Assembly (NCBI GenBank): GCA_009928665.1
Contig: SACF01000039.1
Coordinates: 1 to 24,000 of the forward strand
Length of the DNA stretch: 24,000 nucleotides
Direction: 5' to 3'
Origin: Alphaproteobacteria bacterium
Lineage (GTDB): Bacteria; Bacteroidota; Bacteroidia; Bacteroidales; FEN-979
This document shows, piece after piece, positions 18,135 through 24,000 of the stretch (its first letter is position 1; each line of letters starts with the position of its first letter). The translations under genes were made by a program, and so were the position numbers. The notes under the pieces are model-generated. The model did no database searches. It had not been told where the DNA came from and was given only the letters and a program-made list of their open reading frames with translations.

Positions 18135-19259
18135 TCAGGGATCCCGTCTCAGCACGGCAGTCAGGCAACGGGGACCTGAGCCGTATCCTATAGTTTCAAC
18201 AGCCGGGATCGTAATGACTTTCATCCCTTTTCTGTCGTAAGCATCAATGATTCGTGTCAGGTGCTCAGGAACTACGATCGTGGTCTCGTTTATGCTCAGA
18301 TTATTTGCCCCGGCGGTCTCGTCGAGTTTCGTTTCAATCTTATCCCACGATTTCAACGGTTCAGGAAGGGGATCCAGCAAGGCTTCAGGACAATAGGTCA
18401 TCAATCCCGGCCGGTTCAGCGATAGCAACCAGTCGAGGTGGAAAAGGTCGGGTTTAAGTCGGATCACGTGAACCCGGTATTCGTTACCAAGGAGTTGTTT
18501 GAGCCAGACCACACCTTTGGGACTTGTTGCATTCCCCGACATCCCCACATACACATTGTGGCCGTCGACCATAATATCTCCATTCTCAAGGAAAAGGTCG
18601 TCACGGGTATAGTGGGGCGATGGTGGAGGAGTAGCGAAATAGGGATTGTCGGTACCCTCGAGCAGCGGCTCCAAAACCCGCCTGATCGTCCAGATGTTGC
18701 TCCGCCGGAAGGGAAGATGAAATGAATTGAGCAGAATCACATTGGTTCCAAGTACCCTGAAAAAATCGGCGCCGCCAATGGTATAACTTCCCTTCTGAAC
18801 ATCTTTCAGGTAGTTGATCTCTTCCTTATAATCCTGGGGAATGGGTTTGGTGCGGTGAACCACCACCCCGTGATCGGTAAGAACTTTCTCCAGCCTGTCG
18901 ATGGTGATTATCATATTTTTCGCCTCTGCAGGAAATGCTTCCAGGGTCTTGATCCCGGCGCTCTCTCTTAATGCCTTTTTCCCTTCCTCCGATACCCAGA
19001 TCAGGGCATCGACATACCCGGGATCTATCATTCCTTCAACATTTCCGAGGACGACTTCACGCAGCGTTCCCCATTCGTTCCATGCCCCGATGATTCTTTT
19101 AGGATCGGGTGCGTTTCCCAAGTCGCCACTGGATGAAATCACACTTTTTCCCGGTGCATTTACCAGGTTATTTGAAAACACATCACCACCGACGACAGCC
19201 CCGCCAATGGTCAGTCCGATAGCTTTGAGAGCATTTCGGCGAGAAATTTTCTCTTTCAT
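18135..19259 (-). CDS. Amidinotransferase / arginine deiminase superfamily protein with Tat-like signal
   Basis: 374 aa; SRRNALKAIGLTIGGAVVGG leader; DLFLENGDIMVDG, FHLDWLLSLNRPG, and catalytic Cys context GYGSGPRCLTAVLRR. Confidence 0.85.
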   Translation of the reverse strand: MKEKISRRNALKAIGLTIGGAVVGGDVFSNNLVNAPGKSVISSSGDLGNAPDPKRIIGAWNEWGTLREVVLGNVEGMIDPGYVDALIWVSEEGKKALRESAGIKTLEAFPAEAKNMIITIDRLEKVLTDHGVVVHRTKPIPQDYKEEINYLKDVQKGSYTIGGADFFRVLGTNVILLNSFHLPFRRSNIWTIRRVLEPLLEGTDNPYFATPPPSPHYTRDDLFLENGDIMVDGHNVYVGMSGNATSPKGVVWLKQLLGNEYRVHVIRLKPDLFHLDWLLSLNRPGLMTYCPEALLDPLPEPLKSWDKIETKLDETAGANNLSINETTIVVPEHLTRIIDAYDRKGMKVITIPAVETIGYGSGPRCLTAVLRRDP

Positions 19260-19529
19260 AAGTCAAAGTTGGTTTTTAGGATCTGATGGATTGGTTTGTA
19301 AATGATTATCTGATAAAGAAGAATGATCTGTAAGCAAAATCACAAAAAGGCATCTTTCGCAGGCTGATTGCGGGATTCAGAATAATTCATGCCCCAATAC
19401 AGCCCGATTAACCATCCATCTACGAAATTAATATATTTTATTATATCGATTTTATGTGCAACGACCCTCCGAAAAAAAATTGTAAATAATCTGATTTCCG
19501 GGGATTCATATTAACGAAAACCGGTTGGT

Positions 19530-19620
19530 GTGTTACGGTTGATACCACACGAAGAAAAGTACTACTGAGAGGCAACGTAAAACAGGTTTATGGTTACAGT
19601 TACTAATTAAACCGTAACAC
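19530..19620. repeat. 91-bp segment bounded by a perfect 11-bp inverted repeat (GTGTTACGGTT / AACCGTAACAC)
   Basis: Left arm 19530-19540, right arm 19610-19620, read directly from sequence. Confidence 0.6.
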
Positions 19621-19737
19621 CTACGAGTTTATCCTTGAATCTCGTATTTAAAAAAAATAAATTTGTTGCTAATGTTCGCCAGCCTAACTGTATATGAGAA
19701 GCTGATTGCATATCTGAAACTGTTCTAAACCAACTAA

Positions 19738-20811
19738 CCTTCTTCGAACACGGAATCCTGCCGTAAGCATCAAGACAACAGGAATAATCATGCAATATTT
19801 TATTTTTCCGCTACTGATAATCCATCGCTCACTTGCATTCAGGTAGATGATCCTGTATGGTCAACGAGCAACTGGCCGTTGATTGATAACACTGCACACT
19901 TTTCAAGCGACTGCAACTTAACGGATTCTGACGGGGATGGCATTCCGGATAACATGGATGATTACCCAATGGATCCTTTACGGGCGTTCAACAATCTGTT
20001 TCCTGCCGCTGGCTATGGCAGCCTGGCATTCGAAGATTTGTGGCCGGGAATGGGGGACTACGATTTCAATGACGTGGTGGTGGACTACCGGTTTCTGACC
20101 GTGACTGACGCGTCGAATTATGTTGTTGATGTTGATCTGACGTTCGTGATAAAGGCAAGCGGGGCATATTATCATAACGGTTTCGGGTTTAACCTTCCCG
20201 ATGCATCTGCTTTGTTTCTTTCCAGGATCAACGCTTTGAATGTTACGGGGCAAGAAATTAAGGAGAATTACATCTCCTTGAAATCAAACGGTTTTGAGAA
20301 TGGTCAGTCGAAACCCACCGTCATTGTTTTTGATGATGTTTTTAATTCCCTGCCTCATGCGGGATCAGGGCTGGGGGTGAACACCGAGATGACGGCACCG
20401 TTTGTCCCCTACGACACCATTGTGGTTCATATCTCAACCGGAACAGAAAAACTTCTGGAATCAGATTTTGCCCTTTCAACATGGAATCCCTTCATTATGG
20501 TTGATCAACAACGGGGCATCGAGGTTCATCTTGCCGACCGGCCGCCAACCGATCTTGCGAATGCTGCACTGCTGGGCACCATGGATGATGATTCAAAACC
20601 TTCAACAGGGAAATTCTACAAGACCAAAAACAACCTTCCATGGGCAATTGAAATTGTCAGTGCGTTTGAGTGGCCGGTTGAGAAGGTGAAAATAACGGAT
20701 GCATATCTGCACTTCCTTGATTGGGCAGTGAGCGCCGGTTCTGCATATGGCGACTGGTATCTTGACCATTCGGGTTACCGCGACAGATCAAAAATTTACG
20801 ACAAGCATTAA
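19738..20811 (+). pseudogene. 5'-truncated LRR-LruC domain protein (intact C-terminal LruC domain)
   Basis: ORF track starts at a TTG (19879), but the same frame reads FYFSATDNPSLTCIQVDDPVWSTSNWPLIDNTAHFSSDCNLTDSDGDGIPDNMDDYP from 19798, with no ATG/GTG between the in-frame TAA at 19735-19737 and 19879. The LruC-type domain has YGSLAFEDLWPGMGDYDFNDVVVDYRF. Confidence 0.6.
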
Positions 20812-20924
20812 TCGTTGGGTTTGCCGGTTCCTGTTCAAAAATGCAGGTATTCAAAATACTTCGGCAAATTGAGTTTTCGCAAAATCACAAAGGTTCTGTA
20901 AACGATCCCTGATCCGCGGACTTC

Positions 20925-22850
20925 TCACCGCAGCCGGATCAGCTTCGTGCAGTAAACATTCCCGCCGGTTTTCAGCAGGCAGACATAGATCCCGGCAGGC
21001 CACTCCGACGGGGTGATCACACACGACCGGCAGGCAAGATCTGCTGCGGTCAGCGCCCGCCAATAGACCGGTTTTCCCGTCATGTCGCGCACTTCAAGGG
21101 TTGCAGCCTGCATCCCGGGTATGCTGAATGAAACGGTGACCGCTCCGTCCGAAGGATTCGGAAAGAGGCTGAGGACCACCGGCTTCCGGGCTTCATTGCC
21201 GGCGGAAAGGAGGTTGCAGTTCATGGCGGTTTCGAGGATCTCGTCCCGCCCCTGCCGGATACCCGCAATGGTTGGCCATACTTCGATGTCGGGCACGATC
21301 CCCACCCGCTGGGTTGGCGTGTAGTCGGGGTAAAAGGTGCCCAGCCCCGTGAAGTTCGCCGAGAGGTTGCCGGGCAGGGAGATGACCGACACATTGCCGT
21401 CGGCGGCTTTGGTCTGGTTCCCGATCTTGATCGCGCCGGGATGCTGCTCGAGCCCCATCACGGTGTACTCCGCCTGGCTGATGGTGCGGATATCAAACAG
21501 GATGATCAATTGCCCCTGGTATACTTCCGGAGAATAGCTCCCCACATTTACATTCTTCCAGAACAACACGCCGGGATAATCGATGTCGGGGGTGGTGAAC
21601 GCCGCAATCTGAAAAGGCTGTGGGAACAGGTAGTTGACCAGGTACCATAAGGTTCCCTGGGGATAATTCCGGATGTCGAAGATGATGGCATCGGTCTCCC
21701 ACAGATCGTTCATCATCGCGCCGGTCTGGCTCGTGGTGAGGCGCCCCATATCCACATAACCGAATGTGCAGCCGCCTGCCGCCACGGTATCGTACCACAC
21801 CGGCGTGGTATTCTGTTCGAAAACAGAGAACTGGCTGGCCGACCAGTCGCGCTGAAGCACAGCCGGGTGGATTCCTGCCTGATTTTCGACGGTAACGGGA
21901 AACGACCCATACGGGCCCCGCAGGATGTCGTCAAGCACATAGGAGGCTACCGCCGGCGGATTCGACCCATGGGTGAAGGCTTCGAGGCTGTCGTGCAGAA
22001 TGCCGATATCGACGCCGTCGATGGTGCGGATGATATCGCCCGGCGCGATGACGTTCACCGAGGACGATACTTTGGTGACCACCGTCTCTCCTTCGACCAT
22101 CGCGATTGAAAACCGCGGGTAATAGCTCCCCAGGATGGAATTTACGACCCCGCCGTTGAGGAAGGCATGCGAATCGTCGATGCGCTTGGCCAACAGCATC
22201 ACGGCCTTGTCGTAGGCCACCGCGTTCTGTGCCCCGAGGAAGAGCGGGATAACCTCGGCAAGTGTGGTGTCCCACGGCTGATCCATGATGTTTTTATAGG
22301 GGAAGAAGTAGTTCAGGATGTTCCAGTAGCGGAAAAGCGAGAGGATGCGCAGTGGCTCCGTCGGGAACTGGCCCGAGCCGCTGTTGTAGAGGATGTCGTT
22401 GTCGAAGGTGGGATTCCCGTTTACGAAGGCTTCACCCACGAGGCAGTGCGGCCGAGGCCTGAATCGCACGCGGATGGTGTCGAGCGCACCCCTGACCTGC
22501 TGCGTGAAGACCGGGTCCTGGAACCACGACAGGTCAAGGTTGTACATCAGGCTGTCGGGCACGACGGGCATCGGCACGGTGGGGAGCGCGGGGGGGCCCG
22601 GACTGTTGATCAGTGTGAGCAACGCCTGGTTGAACGCGTCGGTGGTGGTCGCGGCTTCGATCTGCGGAAGCGCCTGCAGCAGGGCACTGTCAAGGTTGAC
22701 CGTGCAGTTTGCCGTTTCGGAATGAAAATACTTGACAAACCCCCACACCTTGCAGGTATAGAAAAGCCGTCCGGGATAATCCGGCAGTGACTGTCCGCAT
22801 ACGGTTGCGGCAACCGCCATGCTGAACAACAAGAGGATAATGCGTTTCAT
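20925..22850 (-). CDS. S41 family peptidase with T9SS type A sorting domain
   Basis: 641 aa; signal peptide MKRIILLLFSMAVAATVCGQ, PDZ-like middle (VNVIAPGDIIRTIDGVDI), catalytic-region DIRTISQAEYTVMGLEQHPGAIKIGNQT, C-terminal SLFPNPSDGAVTVSF…KLIRLR. Confidence 0.87.
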   Translation of the reverse strand: MKRIILLLFSMAVAATVCGQSLPDYPGRLFYTCKVWGFVKYFHSETANCTVNLDSALLQALPQIEAATTTDAFNQALLTLINSPGPPALPTVPMPVVPDSLMYNLDLSWFQDPVFTQQVRGALDTIRVRFRPRPHCLVGEAFVNGNPTFDNDILYNSGSGQFPTEPLRILSLFRYWNILNYFFPYKNIMDQPWDTTLAEVIPLFLGAQNAVAYDKAVMLLAKRIDDSHAFLNGGVVNSILGSYYPRFSIAMVEGETVVTKVSSSVNVIAPGDIIRTIDGVDIGILHDSLEAFTHGSNPPAVASYVLDDILRGPYGSFPVTVENQAGIHPAVLQRDWSASQFSVFEQNTTPVWYDTVAAGGCTFGYVDMGRLTTSQTGAMMNDLWETDAIIFDIRNYPQGTLWYLVNYLFPQPFQIAAFTTPDIDYPGVLFWKNVNVGSYSPEVYQGQLIILFDIRTISQAEYTVMGLEQHPGAIKIGNQTKAADGNVSVISLPGNLSANFTGLGTFYPDYTPTQRVGIVPDIEVWPTIAGIRQGRDEILETAMNCNLLSAGNEARKPVVLSLFPNPSDGAVTVSFSIPGMQAATLEVRDMTGKPVYWRALTAADLACRSCVITPSEWPAGIYVCLLKTGGNVYCTKLIRLR

Positions 22851-23136
22851 GAGATGTGCGTTTATAGCCCTGTACAGCGCCGTTCAGTTCCTGGGTGCCA
22901 GCCCCGTTAATGACTTCCATCGCCAAGACAAATTTACGATATAAACCGTCACTGTCAGGTAACGTTTCATGAAAACCCTTCATTACGTACCCGCAAACGA
23001 TTTCTTCGACAACATGCTGAGTGTTTTTAACCATCCCGGGAGCGTCCCCGGATAAAAGCAATCGACCGGGTTGCTCAAGTTTGCCCCCTGTTTTTCAGAA
23101 TAGCTGAGACCGCAATCAGCATTGATTTTTCAAAGC

Positions 23137-24000
23137 TTATTTTTGCTTGAGATTGAGTTTCCAGATACAATTGGTCCAGGTGCTGTCGGGTTCAGCATAT
23201 CTCAACATTGCAGGGAAATCAGGGGAAATACATAGTGAGGATATCTGCAATACGCCGCCCTTGATATACCTGGCGTCAGGATCCACGACGATCTGCTTTG
23301 AACCTCCACTGTATGTTGCATATTCAAGCTTCCTCAGCGTATTGTCAAGCGTTAAAATCACCAGGTCCATGCCGCCACTAATGGTTGAAAACAGTGCGTC
23401 TTTTGTTACCGGGAAGTCCCTGGATGAGGATGTGCCGACCAAAACGTATTTCTGGTTTTCTGTTTTTGAAACATAGTTCATCCAATCGGTCCTTGATCCG
23501 CCTATAAATGAAGAATATTCAGGTTTGTTCGTTTTCAGATTGAATTTCATGATAAAACCATCCGACTTTCCGCCCAGGTACCTTTTATTTAATGCATTGG
23601 CCGTGACCGGGAAATCAGGTGACTTTGTCTGTCCGGCGAGAATACATTGATCGGCATTCTCCACAAAGACAGAATTGACCTGGTCGGTTGAATCTCCCCC
23701 GATAAACGTTGAATATTCAATCCCTGACAGGTTCTTGCTGACGATGGTGAAAAAACCATCCTGCGTTCCGGCCATGCTTTTTTGATACGCATTTTTCGTC
23801 ACCGGAAAATTGGCAGAATAAGTTTGACCGGTAAGTATGATTTTCCCCTTCATACCGAAAGAAACGGATCTCACATGGTCGATGGATTTTCCGCCCAGAT
23901 AGGTAGAATACAGAATTTTATCAAGATCCGGAGATAAAGCGGTAATGGTTATATCCCCGACATCAAAGCGGTGGAGGCTATCAGGCGGTGATGAATTATC
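23137..24000 (-). CDS. SBBP (beta-propeller) repeat protein, C-terminal part; 5' end lies beyond the right edge
   Basis: Repeats of the type ILYSTYLGGKSIDHVRSV, IEYSTFIGGDSTDQVNSV, PEYSSFIGGSRTDWMNYV, LEYATYSGGSKQI; the frame stays open upstream of 23874 to the window edge. Confidence 0.85.
   Translation of the reverse strand, partial: DNSSPPDSLHRFDVGDITITALSPDLDKILYSTYLGGKSIDHVRSVSFGMKGKIILTGQTYSANFPVTKNAYQKSMAGTQDGFFTIVSKNLSGIEYSTFIGGDSTDQVNSVFVENADQCILAGQTKSPDFPVTANALNKRYLGGKSDGFIMKFNLKTNKPEYSSFIGGSRTDWMNYVSKTENQKYVLVGTSSSRDFPVTKDALFSTISGGMDLVILTLDNTLRKLEYATYSGGSKQIVVDPDARYIKGGVLQISSLCISPDFPAMLRYAEPDSTWTNCIWKLNLKQK

Noticed and set aside
22167-22790. 207-aa + strand ORF opposite the S41 peptidase
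   Set aside because: High-GC antisense shadow ORF; composition (His/Arg/Val/Gly rich) mirrors the sense codons.
22690-23061. 123-aa minus ORF upstream of and overlapping the S41 peptidase start
   Set aside because: Its first part (MVKNTQHVVEEIVCGYVMKGFHETL) looks mildly protein-like, but it overlaps the S41 signal-peptide region out of frame and no supporting start context or family was seen.
1-24000. CRISPR arrays, tRNA/rRNA genes, phage or restriction/defence genes
   Set aside because: No regularly spaced repeats, recognisable tRNA/rRNA sequence, or defence or phage protein motifs were found by reading the sequence and ORF track.

Overview
Chromosomal window from a Bacteroidota-like organism (TAnnTTTG-type promoter candidates, T9SS-like C-terminal domains, serine-type sulfatase). 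No tRNA, rRNA, CRISPR array or intact transposase was recognised. The strongest observation is a compact locus at about 2.1-5.3 kb. It encodes an HgcA-like corrinoid membrane protein with the cap-helix motif NVWCAAGKG, followed 1 nt later by an HgcB-like 2x[4Fe-4S] ferredoxin with an isolated Cys73 and a C-terminal Cys-Cys. This is the mercury-methylation gene pair hgcAB. It is preceded by an ArsR-type regulator carrying a CFC thiol motif, with a divergent HMA-like/CDF metal transporter and an imperfect palindrome overlapping the putative -7 box between them. Other content: AraC regulator, DODA-type (LigB) dioxygenase, flavin reductase, CrtI-like FAD oxidoreductase, DUF6064 and YIP1-like membrane proteins, DUF6544-like protein, serine-type arylsulfatase lipoprotein, an outer-membrane/hypothetical cluster, a Tat-signal amidinotransferase paired with a PLP group II decarboxylase, an S41 peptidase with T9SS tail, and an SBBP-repeat protein. 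Two secreted-protein genes (NHL/T9SS and LRR-LruC) appear to be missing their 5' ends. All assignments are from reading motifs; no database search was run.
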